Of a stretch of 64,000 nt of DNA, positions 1-14,937 are shown one piece after another; positions within the stretch are counted from its first letter, which is position 1; each line of letters opens with the position of its first letter. The DNA comes from Octopus sinensis. Its lineage: Eukaryota. Below the pieces are notes generated by a model that was not told the origin of the DNA, ran no database searches, and worked only from the letters and a program-made list of their open reading frames with translations. Made by a program: the position numbers and the translations under genes. The DNA is taken from the NCBI RefSeq assembly GCF_006345805.1, contig NC_042997.1:68510001-68574000 (forward strand). Reading direction: 5' to 3'.

Positions 1-88
1 TTAATGTATTAGTAAATAATTCATTAAGTTAATTGAATTGGAAAATCAATTTCACACTCGACTAACAAAAGCAAATACCCTTTCAAAG

Positions 89-142
89 GTTTCAGAATAA
101 AGAATGATATGCTTTCTACAATGATGAATTGGCTAGATGCAT
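89..142 (+). CDS. Candidate 54-nt internal coding exon (phase 1-1), peptide (G)FRIKNDMLSTMMNWLDA; host gene unidentified
   Basis: Branch-point-like ACTAAC at 61-66, acceptor TTCAAAG (87-88), donor T|GTGAGT at 143. Only the phase-1 frame is open. No expression or homology support. Confidence 0.3.
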
Positions 143-1581
143 GTGAGTATATACGATCTAAATACATTACACCATATGCTCTCTATATATATCAAACAAT
201 TTCTTTAGGTTATAATTCGTTGGAGCGGAGCTAAAATGTGAGCTCTTTTATCATATTCCAAAAACAAAAGCAAAAATTGAACATACTTTTACAAGGTAGG
301 GAAACAATTATTAATTGACTCGTTCAGTATTTTACTGATACTTATTGTATCTCCTCAATTTCGACTCTCAATGTTAACTATTTAATTTCATGCGCTTGAA
401 AGCCATAAAAACATATAATCTCGTCTGAACATAGCCTCACAAATTTGACTCCTTACAGCCAATCATGAGATAATTAATTTCGACAAATTTCTTACTTGAC
501 AGTCACATGTTACTTGCAATTACTTTATCAGACACATGAACTTACAACATCAAACACCTAGACCTCACGCCATTTGTGTACCTTAAATCTCAGGCTTTGT
601 TATCGTTATTTTATGATAAATCCTTATGCATGAGAAATAAATTTGTTGGACTATCCAATTGCCCAGCGATATACATATGTTGTAAGCGTCCTCAAATTTG
701 GTTTCCGTCAATCACATTTTTTGTGTTGTGCCTCTGTTTCAAGCATTTGTAAACTTTCACTTGCATTCTCTTCTTTATATAAACTGATTTATACATCACA
801 AGCAAAAGCATAGTTATATGTTCTTTACTTCAAAAGTATTATGAATTTCGTATCTCAGAGGATTAACTGTGATAGTGTAGATTTTCCCAAATGTGTTAGA
901 AGATTACATGTGCATGAGTTGTTCTTATGTTGTAAAATCTGCTTCATACTATCTCCACACAAAATTAACGATTTAGGTGAAGTGAAATAGATATCAGTAA
1001 AAATTAAAATAGAATATCAAGCACTTCTCAAGACGTCTAACCGAGGAAGAATGATTGTTGTAACCTCCTTTTAATTTAGGTTATGTAGTGTCAAATTAGT
1101 ATCTGTAATTCGAGTATTTTAAGCTAAGAAAACATCTCAATGTCTTCGAATGATGAAAGTGTATGAAAACATAGATTTACATTTATTTTTACACCAGTAT
1201 TGATTGTAATTTTGTTCTTGCTTAACCCTGTTAAACGGATAGGATAATTCTTTCATCGAGTGTATTTCCTCTGTGAACATCAATTATCCAAATACGTGAC
1301 TGTGATTATGTAAATACATAACTGGAGTAATTGCATGGCACGAGATAATATTTTAGCTATTTCATATTTATTAAATCCTTCATTTATAGTATTTTTGTAC
1401 GCCTAATAAAAGTGTGTGTTGTTTAGGACCAGATCGACACTGATCGAGACGACCTATCGACAAAAGCGTTTGATCCCTGACTCCCATTATTTTAGGTCTA
1501 TTTAGGATTATATTACACAAGGTCTCTTCTCTGTAAAGACAAAAGAAAGGAATTTGAAGAAAATGATGCTACTTATTATAG

Positions 1582-1635
1582 CAGGAAAGGCGACTACGTG
1601 GAAGACTTTAAAGAATTTATTTGTTGATTTGCCAG
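1582..1635 (+). CDS. Candidate 54-nt internal coding exon (phase 1-1), peptide xGKATTWKTLKNLFVDLP
   Basis: Strong donor CCAG|GTGAGA at 1636, weak acceptor TTATAG, open frame compatible in phase with 89-142. Confidence 0.22.
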
Positions 1636-1837
1636 GTGAGATAAAGAAAGAAAATTCCGGTATACACTAATGAAAAAATTATTCAATTAAAATAGCCATT
1701 TATGTATCATATTTAAAATATACCCACTCTCGATAAACCACTGACTGTGGTATTTGCGATAAGATAACCTCCCTTATGAAGTTCTTATATTAACATTTGT
1801 TATGACTCTGCTTATATTTATTGTGTTTTTAATGCAG

Positions 1838-1908
1838 CGATTCATAAGAGATGTAACATTATGCCAAATACTACAGTAATTGGCTATCGGCATGGTGCAT
1901 ACGCTTAG
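1838..1908 (+). CDS. Candidate exon xIHKRCNIMPNTTVIGYRHGAYA* (terminal, or spliced at GTATGT 1908)
   Basis: Good acceptor TTGTGTTTTTAATGCAG (1836-37). Only the phase-1 frame is open. Confidence 0.18.
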
Positions 1909-2709
1909 TATGTCAGAGAAAAGTCTTCGGTAAATATGGTAAAGGCTACGAGCAAGAAATCAAAACAGACATGATTTGTGTTGAGTTGCAACATAAACAG
2001 GTTATGATATTATTTTGTTTGCACCGATATACGATCATGTTCTGCTTTTAACAACCTTAACTGTGGAATGAAATAAAAAACATAATGAAAATCCTTGTAG
2101 TAGTTCGATTTATAACTTGTCAAAATACATTCACATGCTGCATTTCTTGCAAGTTAAGTCTTAAATAGTGCATGAAACTTCAGTACAACTTAAAAGATCA
2201 TGAATTTCATATATCTTGATCTTACCACACAGTATATTTGAAAAAAAGCTAACAAAACACAAAATTATACTTCGTATTGGTTTAATAATGTGATGTTCAC
2301 ACACTAACTCATTTTCATTTTTTCCCTCTTTCAGTACACACACGCACACATATACACATACACACTAATGAGGATAAAGGAAGTGAGAAAGAGAGAGAGA
2401 GAGAGAGATGATTCAACTCAGGTTTTCTTATAAACTGCGGAAGAATACACGGTATTTTACGAAATTTTGAAGGGATAAGTTTTCAATGTACTAGATTATG
2501 ATTTTGTTTAGAGAATTTAGATACATAATTTTAATATATTTTAAAATTTTGTTTCAGACTTTTATATCTAAAGCATCATTTCGAAAAATCATATTTTCGA
2601 AAAACCTATTTCTGCACAATTCCATTTCAAATTATTCACTATAAAAACATTATTAGGAAAGAAAATCGGAAATGTCTGAATGAGCTGAAACCCCTTTAAA
2701 CTATATTAT

Positions 2710-2754
<45 letters not shown>

Positions 2755-2904
2755 GACGCATACGCAAACACACATAATTTCAACATTGAATTCTTTTTTG
2801 TGGTCTATTTCAATATTTGCATTCATACATACATGTATGTATGCCTATATCTTATTTCAGGATTCAATTATTAGTTCAAACAAATTACATATGAAAAGCC
2901 CTTA

Positions 2905-3260
2905 TTCGACAAAATATATCCCATTATATTCTGTTGTCTGTTGCTATCGTTGCGCCGAAACCACGCTTATACCATTTGGTTGATTTAGCGGTAAAAAACC
3001 CCAAAAAACTCCCTGTGCCCGTTCTCAACTTCATCCACGTTGCTGAAATGGGCAGAAAATGAGCCATAGCTCGGAAAGATGGTAGTTTGATGGTGCAATG
3101 TCTGGACTGTAGGTTTCTCAAGCTTGCGCTTGATCACATTAGCAGGGTGTGTTGGAGCATTTCTACGCTGTAAGAGAGCGCATTTTCAAAGCATCATACA
3201 CTAGTTGCAGTTGTGTAAAAAATTAGCGTTTACAGCATGACCATTTCGGAAAGAATAACA
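2905..3260 (-). mobile_element. Mariner (DD34D-type) transposase C-terminal relic
   Basis: Minus-strand translation with frameshifts gives NGHAVNANFY, ANVIKRKLE, YSPDIAPSNYHL(F)RAMAHFL and WYKRG. This matches the mariner YSPDLAPSDYHLF motif and C-terminus. Confidence 0.85.
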
Positions 3261-3924
3261 ATCTCGTTAGGATTTGAACTTGGACTGCAGAGAGCCAGAT
3301 CAGTTGTTGTAAGGTAAATATAAATCTCGTTTATATTTTCTTGGTAATTAATTGAAACCGGAACCAGGGCATAGTATAAACCACTTAAAATTTCGTGACT
3401 TCAAATAAAATATTTTACTCTACTGTAGAAAGCTCTCCAGATCGAAATCAACCTTAATTCTTTTGAACGTAGAATACGTTATCAAAGACATGAAAGGATT
3501 TCCTTCCAAGCAAATTAATCATGGTATCAAATTTACTTATGAAAATGAAATTAAAAACGAAAAGCAGTTTGTCTCGCAGAGTTAGAATTCTAATATAAAA
3601 TTAGACTGAGAAGAAAACATAACGTTTGTTACTGATATCGTTGAAACAGCCTTTGGCAGAGGCACTATCATTTAAAACTAGATATTGTTTTAGTGGTAAA
3701 ATAATAAGACCTAGGATATTATTGATGATTAATCTACATAAAGGATTGCTAACAAAATTGTTTTTCTGGTAAGAAATTTTGTAGGATTGATTAAGGAATA
3801 ATTAACATGGACATGCAGGTGGCGAAATAGCACTCTTGCTACAGCACAAAACGAAATACTTTGCAATATAGCGTTTCGGTCTCTGCCTGTCTGTCTGTTT
3901 CTCTTTTGCTCTCACTCTTTGTAC

Positions 3925-4006
<82 letters not shown>
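3925..4006. repeat. (TATC)n microsatellite
   Basis: Direct reading. Confidence 0.97.
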
Positions 4007-4669
4007 GCTCATTGTGTAATCTTATTTCCTTCTGATGATATTTTTACATATTATTGTACAAAACAATTTTCAAGCATGTCTGTACCACAGAAACTCTCAG
4101 CGCGGTAATTTACGTGATCTTGACCACGCAGTACTACCAGTCTACAATTTTCTTAACGCAAAAAAAAAGAAGATAATAATCCAAAATCCCCCTGTCCACC
4201 CTTCCTACTGTATTCAAACATCCGTTGACTTCTACACGAAAAGTGTATGTTTGTCGCCCAACTAGGCCATCTATTTCATATAACGGATTTTTATTCAGCT
4301 GGGTGGTTATTCACAATAACAATGAATGTTCATTTATTTGTTTTATATATTTCTGAGACGACAAAAATCTCATCTAGTCATGTAGTGAGTACACGCAGGA
4401 GTGTCCCTAGCTGCTGCTGCGACGATTTTCGTTCCACTTCGTTATATATTGAGATTTTGAACAGATCATATAACTAAGAGACGTTATCTATTGACAAATG
4501 TTGCAGTAAATTACTTTTCAACAATGTGTTTGGGTTAAGTGTGATGCAGAGATAACTATTCTAATTTAATACTGCATCTGTGGCATATAACGAATGTAGC
4601 TACATACATTTATGTATATTATGTACAAGTGTATATTTGTATTAAGTATATATTTATCATATATATCCA

Positions 4670-4671
4670 TA

Positions 4672-4716
<45 letters not shown>

Positions 4717-5049
4717 TATGTGAGTGTCTCCGAGTATAGCACTGTATAACTATCTTCGTTTGTGTACATATGTGTTTAAGTGTCTAGGTGTGTTTATGCA
4801 TGCACACACCAATAGTTACACATGGAAAACTGTTGTTTCCGATATCATTGGCGAATCAAACAGGATGCTGGAAGGAACTGATTACATTGTGTAGAATACA
4901 TGAGATATCTCCATGAATCCACATCATATCAATTTATGTGGATATTCCCTGTCAATGAAACACTTATACATAAACATACGCACAACAACACTCACACACA
5001 TACCCGCATATATATATAATATATATATATATTATATATATATATATAT

Positions 5050-5089
<40 letters not shown>

Positions 5090-5153
5090 GGAGATAAAGA
5101 GGGAGAGAGAGGGAGAGAAGGAGCGACAGAGAAAGAGAGAGAGATATCATGTC

Positions 5154-5209
<56 letters not shown>

Positions 5210-5640
5210 TATATATATGGATGTATATGTACATACATACATAAATATATATATATATATACATACCTATATATATATATGTATAATATATATATATATA
5301 TAATATATATATATATATACATAGATACATAAATACATACGTATGTACATATATACGTACGTATGTACACAGTATTGACTATGGATCTGATGATATACAT
5401 CTTCAGTTAGTTATATACACAGAAATGAATAGTGTGGTAGAGAGATTGATTGACAGACAGATAATGAGATAACTGGAATAAATAACTAGAACAGCAATGC
5501 TGATAATATAAACAAGAATATTCTGACATTAATGAGTAGAGTTCAATACTTGTATGTATATGTACATACATTTCATGCATGTGTGTGCATTTATTCGTGC
5601 TCACACCACGCATTTATACACACACACACACACACACACA

Positions 5641-5674
<34 letters not shown>

Positions 5675-5711
5675 CACACACACACATATACACACACACA
5701 CACACACGCAC

Positions 5712-5752
<41 letters not shown>
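4670..5752. repeat. Cluster of compound (TA)n/(GA)n/(CA)n microsatellites
   Basis: Direct reading; accounts for the YI/HT/RE-repeat ORFs. Confidence 0.9.
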
Positions 5753-5754
<2 letters not shown>

Positions 5755-6105
5755 CGTTCGTGTTAGTGTGTTTAATGAAACATGAGTGATTTTAGAAAGG
5801 AGAGGAAGCCAGGTAAAAATAAATCATTAAATGTAAAAAAAGAAATAAGTGTTAGAAATAAAAGTAACGATAGCTCTACTTCTAATAATGATAATAATGA
5901 TACTACTAATGATTTTAGAAAATAATGACAAGACTTGGTTATTGTTGATTCTTTTCACGATGTTGTTGTTATTGATAATGATGACGACATTGACGACAAC
6001 GACGAAGACGACGACAATGATGATGATAATTATGATGATGGTGGTGAAGATGACATCGACAACGGAATGAAATATAGAGATGTATTTCAGAAATAGATAG
6101 GAACC

Positions 6106-6106
<1 letters not shown>

Positions 6107-6158
<52 letters not shown>
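6107..6158. repeat. (TAG)n trinucleotide microsatellite
   Basis: Direct reading. Confidence 0.97.
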
Positions 6159-6160
<2 letters not shown>

Positions 6161-7787
6161 TGATGTGTGGATGAGTGGAATCAGGAATATCCCAAGATAA
6201 AAATGTAAGAAAAAGAAATTAAAACAAAATAGAAAAAAAATGAACACCCCTCCCTTAAAAACCCCGAAGGAAAACCAAAACATAGAAAGGGGAAAAAAAT
6301 CATTATAGATTAGTCAGACTGCATGCAGAAAGATGTTGTTCTTGTTGTTGCTAATATGAGTGAAAAGGATATGTATGATAGTGTAAAGTGTAAGGTGCAA
6401 CCTGCCAGCTGCACTAAGGTGTTTAAAATATTGCCAACTAAAGATGTTAGTTATAAGGAGAAAAGTAAATAAGGCTGTGATAACGAGGCTTAAAGAAAGA
6501 AGCGTGCTGCTCCAAGTTGTTTCTACTCATAGACAGCAGTAAATACACGTTCGTGTCGTCGTGGTTGTCGGTGTGTTGCCTTATTAGTGTATTTATTTTC
6601 TTTTCGTTTTATTCTTTGTACGTTGTTTTTGTTTTGGGGGGTTTTGTCGAACTGTTTTTTTATAAAATATGCATGCATATATGTATATATACGTATTTTA
6701 AAAATATATAACTAATATAATACGTTTTATATGTATATTCATTTTATGTAGCTTGTTGTGGGAGCATTACTGATGCTAGTAAACAGGTTAAGGGAAAGTG
6801 CATTTTTAAAAGAAAAAATCATATAAATTATAAACAAAAGTTATGTGCAACTAATGCATACAGAGTACTTGTACCTCGTTTCAATATTTCTGCCTATCAG
6901 CGACTTTATAGTAATTTTTCATATTTTGTTTTGATTAACGCTCTTGTCATTGTTCTCTCTCTCTTTCTCTTTACCTCTGATTCTCCTTTTCTGTAAATCG
7001 TATTATCTGCCCAACTTGCTCTCTCCCCATTTTTTTCTGTGATCTACAAATTGTGCGCCCCATTATTATTTTTTTTTTTTTGCTACCCCCTTTAATTTTT
7101 CCCTTTCTGTTCGCATTTAAATTTAACTTCCGATTTGCAGACATACACTCACATTTATAGGTGTACTAAACAACACGCATACACAATCGTAATCTTTTGA
7201 CTTATCAAATCCAAACATATATTCACTTAAAGAGAAAACTTATATAAACACAACCACATGTACACGTATTTGCGCATGTAAGTTGACGCTAATGCTTATA
7301 TTCTATACATGAATGCATTCACTCCTTTCATTCCCGCAAAGTCATGTTTCTTTTAATTGCAATCACACACAATTACACAAATTCGCTTCCAGACATACAA
7401 AATAACAGTTTTAAATATAAGATAGTTTTCTCTTGTAAATAGGCATACAGAAATACACAGACTCACACATTCTCAAGGTAAACAAAAACACATAGCGCAT
7501 TCACACATAGATACATGCGCCGATGGTGTTGCAAATAGACAAGCACTGTATGTGTCTTATAATATAATATATTATAATAAAATATAATATAATATAATAT
7601 AACATAATATGATTATTGTTTAGTTATATTTGCTTTTCATCAAGCCAGCCAAGGAATTTCTTTCTTATAAAATATGCATTTAATCGTTGTCAACTCACTC
7701 TAGCAAGCCGGACAACGATATTAAAATAAAATAATAAATTTGATTTTAAGTAAAACATCTTGACAAATTTACGTTTACTCACTCATG

Positions 7788-7818
<31 letters not shown>

Positions 7819-8789
7819 ATTCAGTTAACGAGACAGACAGATGTAAGTTTATAATAATCGGCTGCGCTCAGTGGAATAATTTTTTAATTGTCAAAAAATA
7901 ATAATAGTAAAGAAGAATTCTTTAAGAAAATTTTGAACAAAAGCAAGAAATTATCAACAACAAGCAAGAATAGCTACACGAATCAGCAATAACGGCATTA
8001 ACAGCTGAATAGTAAAAGAAAAATTGCACATTTACAGCTACAACAAAAATATAAACACTAGATTGACGAGATAGCTAACTGTAAACAAAGCAATCAAGAT
8101 GCGCACGTGTACAATTATTTTAATAAACTGCTGCATAGCTGTGTGTGCATATGTGAATATGTATTTGCATATATTTAAACATATTTCTGAAATTGGGAAT
8201 CCAAGCGAAAAATTAACAGACACCGGCAGAGTGTTAATGTATTATTAGTGAAGTGGCAATGATTTGTAGAACGAGTAACAATAACAACAACATGACAAAT
8301 ATAATAAGTAAGGTAAAAATAATTATCAGTATATTTAATACAAGAAAAAAAGTGGCAAAGCATTCAACACATGGTTAGGTCTCTTGCTTAGAGTCTCAAT
8401 AATAATGATAATGCTGATGATAAAAATAATAACACAGCAATTTTAAAAGATGCGTTCAAACCTAATTAACATATAAATTAAGATATGTTTTTATATATAA
8501 CTGTTTCGTTTCTGTATGTTTCTGTTATTTGTTTATTTTTCATCTTGGACGGTTTTTATCATTTATTTATATTTTGTTTTAATTGTTTCCTTTCTATAAT
8601 TTATTTTAATATTTGTGTTTTGTAACTAAGATCAAAAACAAAAAGGCAGCATTCATTCGGATTCCCACACCTAATTTCAGCATTCACAGTTTCATACATT
8701 TGTTGTTAATTACATTTACACAGTCGTCTATTGGTCATTTTGTTGATTCTCTAGTCTTAGTAACGTCTGACTAATGAACAAAGAAGACA

Positions 8790-9770
8790 ATTTGCCTGAC
8801 AACCACTAACCAACTAAATGAGTGAACAACTAACGCAATGAAATTAACCAATTCAGCAAGCACCAACCAAAAACGCAATTCACTAATTAAAGGACAATGT
8901 AACCAATTATTCATTCAATCAAGTAGCCCCCAGGTCACAGAATTAAGTACCAAACAACAGACCATCATCCGTATATATATATATACATACATTTATACCA
9001 AAATGATTCGAAACATGTAGCTGACCAAGGAAGTAACTGATCTACCTACGAGCAACCTACGAGCATTTGACAAAACAAGGAACTGATCGAAAAAGGTATT
9101 AGGTGATTTCTTTGGGATAGCAAGAAAGTAAACCAGGACCAAATGAAATACCAAAGCCAGCAGCCAACAATTTGACCAATGTAGCTTACATTCTCGAACA
9201 ATCACGCTTACCTTCGAAATGAACTCGCAAAGAGATGAAGCCATTAACTGTATGACAAAATGAAGTGAGAAAATACACAATTATTCCAGTTAGCCCTTGA
9301 TGAAGCAATGCCTAAACCTGCTAACAACCAGTAACCAGCCAGTAAGTAAACAATCTTTTACACAAGATAAAAAGAAATTAATAACAAACCTAACTAACCT
9401 AACCTGAGGAGCATTTCATCTATCAACCATATACCAATGTTGCCAAATAGTAAAAAGAAAAACACTTGATCATTAGTCCAACAATTTCCACCACCACAAC
9501 CGACAATCCAACCAAGCAACGTGCCAACGTAGCAACCAACCAAGCAACCAACGGACCAACGAACCGATGAACCAACCAAGAATCAATCAAGCAAGCAAGC
9601 GAGTGAGCGAGCAAGCAAACAAGCAAGCGAGCGAGCAAGCAAGCAGGAACCAACCAACCAACCAACCAACCAACCAACCAACCAACCAACCAACCAACCA
9701 CCAACCAACCAACCAGCCAACCAACCAACCAACCAGCCAACCAACCAACCAACCAAACAACCAAACAATG
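8790..9770. repeat. Degenerate-to-pure (AACC)n/(AAGC)n tetranucleotide tract
   Basis: Near-pure at about 9520-9770 and progressively eroded upstream. Confidence 0.8.
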
Positions 9771-9869
9771 AAAGGATCTAATTTTGAATAACAATTTAAT
9801 TACATAGTAAACAGGCTACAATATTACTATTTCTTGTTATTACTGTGGTTGTGCTGAGTTACTGTCATA

Positions 9870-10240
9870 AAAATGCTTTAATAACACACCTGCAGAGTAG
9901 AATTACGAAAATTTCCTTATCGGAGAAACGTTCTACCAGCTTACATCCTCGTCGACATAGACGAAAATGTAAAGAAGTACATCACACGCTACTGGAGGTA
10001 TATGTGCCAATTATGTTACAGCTGTCAGGATAGCTGTCTTAGTTATACTACACTGGATAAAACAGTTCTTGTATCAATTAATCAAACAAGAAAGCTCTTC
10101 AACTAATTAATTAACCAAATATTAAATGAACCAGTCAAATTAGGAAACAATCAACAATTTATCACACTCACTAAAGTCTTTATTCTATTTTTAATAGAAT
10201 TTTCTTGATGAAGGACTACAAATCGAAACGTCGAACTATC
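9870..10240 (+). mobile_element. Penelope-like element 3' relic (eroded GIY-YIG region plus pLTR-type end with a hammerhead relic)
   Basis: LIGET and HRRKCK remnants at 9915-9975. The end reads TTC-TTGATGA-AGG...C-GAAAC-GTC-GAA (10202-10236), as in PLE termini. Confidence 0.55.
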
Positions 10241-10282
10241 TTATAGCTTAAAATTACATTTGTACTCTTGTATGTGTGTACG

Positions 10283-10327
<45 letters not shown>

Positions 10328-10794
10328 TATTTGTTTGTGTGTTTATAGAATTCTTGCATATTTTGGGAACTAATCAACAAGTTGGTAGAAGAAAAGGGAA
10401 GCAACAAAGATTAGCCGAAACATTAACCAGTCACTTAATCAACTGAGTTCAACTAGAGTTACAAAAGATTGAGAATTGCCAATCAATCAGTGGTTGAACA
10501 TTTTTGCACTTAAACAAATAGTACTGGAATGTCAGGACGAAAGCAACTATCGCATACAAAATGCAACAGATACACACACACACATAAGGTGCGTTCGCAC
10601 TTGTCTGTTTGTATAACAATAGCAATAACAATCGTAATAAAATAGTAATAACATTTATAACCGTATCTCTTAATGATGTCCAATTAGATATGAGAGGAGA
10701 TACCAAGAACAATGGGAAGACTGACGAATCTATTAAAAAGTAGTAACAAAACTTTACGCTTTCCAAAATTAATGCACAATAGGGAAATTTACTA

Positions 10795-10816
10795 CCACTA
10801 CTACTACTACTGCTAT

Positions 10817-10873
<57 letters not shown>

Positions 10874-10877
10874 AACA

Positions 10878-10938
<61 letters not shown>

Positions 10939-10939
10939 T

Positions 10940-10980
<41 letters not shown>

Positions 10981-11020
10981 ATAATAATAATAATAATACT
11001 GCCACTACCACTACTACTAC
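10795..11020. repeat. (CTA)n/(ATA)n trinucleotide microsatellite
   Basis: Direct reading. Confidence 0.97.
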
Positions 11021-11924
11021 TGGAAAAGCACTTCAGATGGACAGAACTACGTTGAATCTCAAAGTTTACAGATTTTTTGATATTATATGCATAGTTTTGA
11101 GATACACCTCACGCATGCACTGAAGTACAACGTCAGTGATGTTTCTGTGGTCTTACAGGCTTTAGGATCTTTCAACATTTGATGTCACTTCGCCCAGTTG
11201 ACTCAGCCGAAACATTAACCAATTGATTCTGACTTTAACTAAAGAATTACATATATACATGCATCCTTACTCTTTCTCTTTACACACAACTACACACGCA
11301 CACGCATGCTCCTGCGTTATCCAGAGTAGACTCGATAAAATAAGTATGTGTTTGTATTTTCGAAGCCTGTATAGACTTGATCATTCAGTTCGTTTTTATC
11401 TATTAGTTATTATTCAGTACTATCATCGATTTTTAATGCAGTAAGATGCGATTTGCAATTGACTTGACTCTTGGCTACTCAAGTTATCATGGAAATCTCC
11501 AACGTTGCTCGCCTACTATATATATGAATATACATACACACAAGTCTGTTATCATATAGATGTAGACACACGCGCGTATATACATAAATATAAACTTAGT
11601 TATAATATAAGTTACAATATAGCAGAATGTAAGCTGCCGAGAAACCGAGACGATATGCCAGTTTTGAAACTTATTGAAACTATTTCTCATTCATAACACC
11701 TCTTAGAAATGCCTGAATGTCACGCAACTGCAATCATTTTGTAAAAAAAAAAAAAAGTAAAAGTAATGACTGGGCTGCAACCCAGATAAGAAACCGATAT
11801 TTATTGGGTTTTTTTCTAACAAATAGAAATGAACCAGTAAATGAAAAAGAATCTACATCTGTGTACTTAACAACATCACAAAACATAGTATATATATATA
11901 CATTTGTACATAGCAAATTTTATG

Positions 11925-11983
<59 letters not shown>

Positions 11984-12353
11984 ATGTATGTATGTATGTA
12001 TGTATGTATTTGCGTGTGTATGTGTGAGTACATACGTGAATAGCTTTCTAGACGTGGTGGTAAAAACGAAAATGACAAAAAAAATCTCAAAACAACTGCA
12101 ACAAAATATTTAAAGTAAAATAGCTTTATATAGAAATTTATCTGTTGCCTTTGGATACCATGACAATAACACGAAGCTGTGAAAATGTCAGATAGTCCAA
12201 ACTAGACAAGAGGCTTTACGTGGATCTCCGTAACACTATTTGAATTGAATGATTTAATTATGTGCCTGTGTATGTTTCTGACTATAAATGTATGCATATA
12301 TGTGTATGCATGCATACATACACCCAAACAATATATGTACATATGTATGTATT

Positions 12354-12395
<42 letters not shown>

Positions 12396-12540
12396 TATTA
12401 TATATATATTATAATATATATATATATACACATTTATATTTTAAACGAATATAAAATAAATTATAACGGAAAATCCATCGAATGTAAATAGATTATATAA
12501 CAAGATATATATTTACTTACAATTCAACGCACTACCTATA

Positions 12541-12583
<43 letters not shown>

Positions 12584-12899
12584 ATACAGACACACACGCA
12601 CACTCACACATATTTAAGTATCTGTGACCGATTGTTGATTATCTTAAATATTTATGTATGCATCTCTATATGTTGATAGATATAGATAGACAGATATCAA
12701 TTATTGTATATCTGAAAAGAAGTCCCACTGACACTGTCTTTCTATTCATCTCAAAAGTAATCACAAGTACAGCACCAGTTCTCACGCATAATCACAACAT
12801 ATATACACAAATACATAATTACCGCATTTTTACCTTTGTATTTTCTTTCACGACTATTCATATATACGTACATTCTCCCTGTACCCCACTTACGCATAC

Positions 12900-13171
12900 A
12901 TCCATCTTTCTCTATATGTATATATGTATATAAATATATATATATAATATATATATATACACGTTCATATATATATTATATATATATATATATACATACG
13001 TACATAAATATATACATACATATATATGTATACATGTTATATATATATATATATTATATATATAACACGTTCATATATATATTATATATATATATATATA
13101 CATACGTACATAAATATATACATACATATATATATGTATACATGTATACACGTACATTTGCACACATATGC

Positions 13172-13250
<79 letters not shown>
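12900..13250. repeat. (TA)-rich tract containing an approximately 106-bp tandem duplication
   Basis: The unit cacgttcatata...catacgtacataaatatatacatacatata...tatacatgt occurs at about 12959 and about 13066. Confidence 0.85.
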
Positions 13251-13253
<3 letters not shown>

Positions 13254-13665
13254 TTTATTTGACATTTCAATTTTGCGCTGTAGTTGATAGTTTTGTATAA
13301 CTCTACTATCTTCTGGGATCATACTCTCCCTCACATTCCATTTCTCTGTTTGTTTACTTTTTTATACTTTGATATATCGTATTTTATATTGAATGCCTTG
13401 ATGCATTTTAATTGATTCTAATTGATATTAAGTTTTATGTTTTGAGATATTATTACTGTTGAATTATATCTGTGCTATTGCTTTTTGAAAATTCATTTAA
13501 CTAATAAACAAGAAGATATGTATTTTTCCTTCTTTTTAATCAGAACACCGTTGTTTACTTTACTCCCATATACTCGTACAAATAAGCACGCACCTACATG
13601 CACATATACATTGTGTCATCTTCATACATGCCTTTAATTAAAGTCACATATACACTTCCACGGGT

Positions 13666-13908
13666 GGAGGCTGTGGCTTAGTTGTTAGGCGTGGTGGACT
13701 CATGATCGTAAAATTGTTGTTACAATTCCTGGACTGAGTGCCGTATTTTATTCTTGAGCAAAACACTTCATTTTATGTTGCCGCAGTCCACTCAGCTGGC
13801 AAAAGTAAGTAATCTTGCGATGGACCGGCGTCCCGTCAGATAGATATATACGGACGGATAGAGGGTAAACCAACCTTATGAGTGTATATGACCCGGGAAG
13901 GAACTTCT
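13666..13908 (+). mobile_element. tRNA-derived octopus SINE (family with GGAGGC..TGGCTTAG head and CTTGAGCAAAACACTT core)
   Basis: A-box-like TGGCTTAGTTG, B-box-like ACAATTCC, and a body matching a recalled octopus SINE consensus. Confidence 0.75.
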
Positions 13909-14357
13909 CTTATTTTTATATACTTTCAACGAACACACACACATACATAGTTATTTGCATATAAGCATAGTTATTTGATGAGCCTCCAGTAAATGCCTGA
14001 GGATTCCACGGATACGTGTGTTCTTAACGTAATTTACAGCCGAATCGGCGTGACATATATAGCACAATAATATACAAAAATGGATTTCTGAATTCTAGGC
14101 GCAATCAGTCTCTCAAGCTTTCGGCGAAGTTACCTTAGGAAACGACACCTGGATAACTGGATAGATGCTATCAGAGGAGAGAAGAAAAAAAACAAAAGCA
14201 AATGTCAACGCTGTAGAACAAAGTATCATAGGTGTGGATATACACAGGCCCACGCACGCAGACACGTGCACACGCTCACATACATACACACATATAATTA
14301 TGTGTATCTGTAAGTTAAGGGTTCAGCAGCAGGAATCGGTAGAATAAGTACCAGCCT

Positions 14358-14401
<44 letters not shown>

Positions 14402-14680
14402 CAAAAGTGAGAGCTTAGGATAGATTATTTTGCTATACTTATTCTGGTTTTCTGGCATATTGTTATAAATGCTTATGCCGTCAACTCAGTATTACATCAT
14501 TTTCTGCTCAATAGAGTATTTTTTATTATAGAGTTGTCGATTTTCCTCTTTCTCCAATCTGTGTGTCTCTCTCATTCTCTGTTAGAGAGCGACAAAGAGA
14601 ATCATTAGTTATTGTCAGATCTGATCTGGACAAGAATAGTTTACGCTAAGCTTGAAATGTTTGGTATAAATATATATATA

Positions 14681-14842
14681 TAATACAAAATGGGGCAAGA
14701 ACGTAAAACATCCGGACAGCTAGGTGATACAAAAAGGGACAACAACACATCCAGATAGACGATACAAGGAAAAGAAAACAAGGACGGGTCATTCGAAGCT
14801 TTCTTTCCTCAGTCAAACACCAGAAAATCCTCGCAATTTCGG
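14681..14842. repeat. Short interspersed repeat, copy 1 (inverted partner at 18599-18731)
   Basis: Reverse complement of 18599-18731 apart from a short internal indel; embedded in (TA)n. Confidence 0.85.
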
Positions 14843-14905
14843 ATATATATATATATAGATGTATGCATGGATGTATGTATATGTATGTATGTATGTATAT
14901 GTATG

Positions 14906-14937
<32 letters not shown>

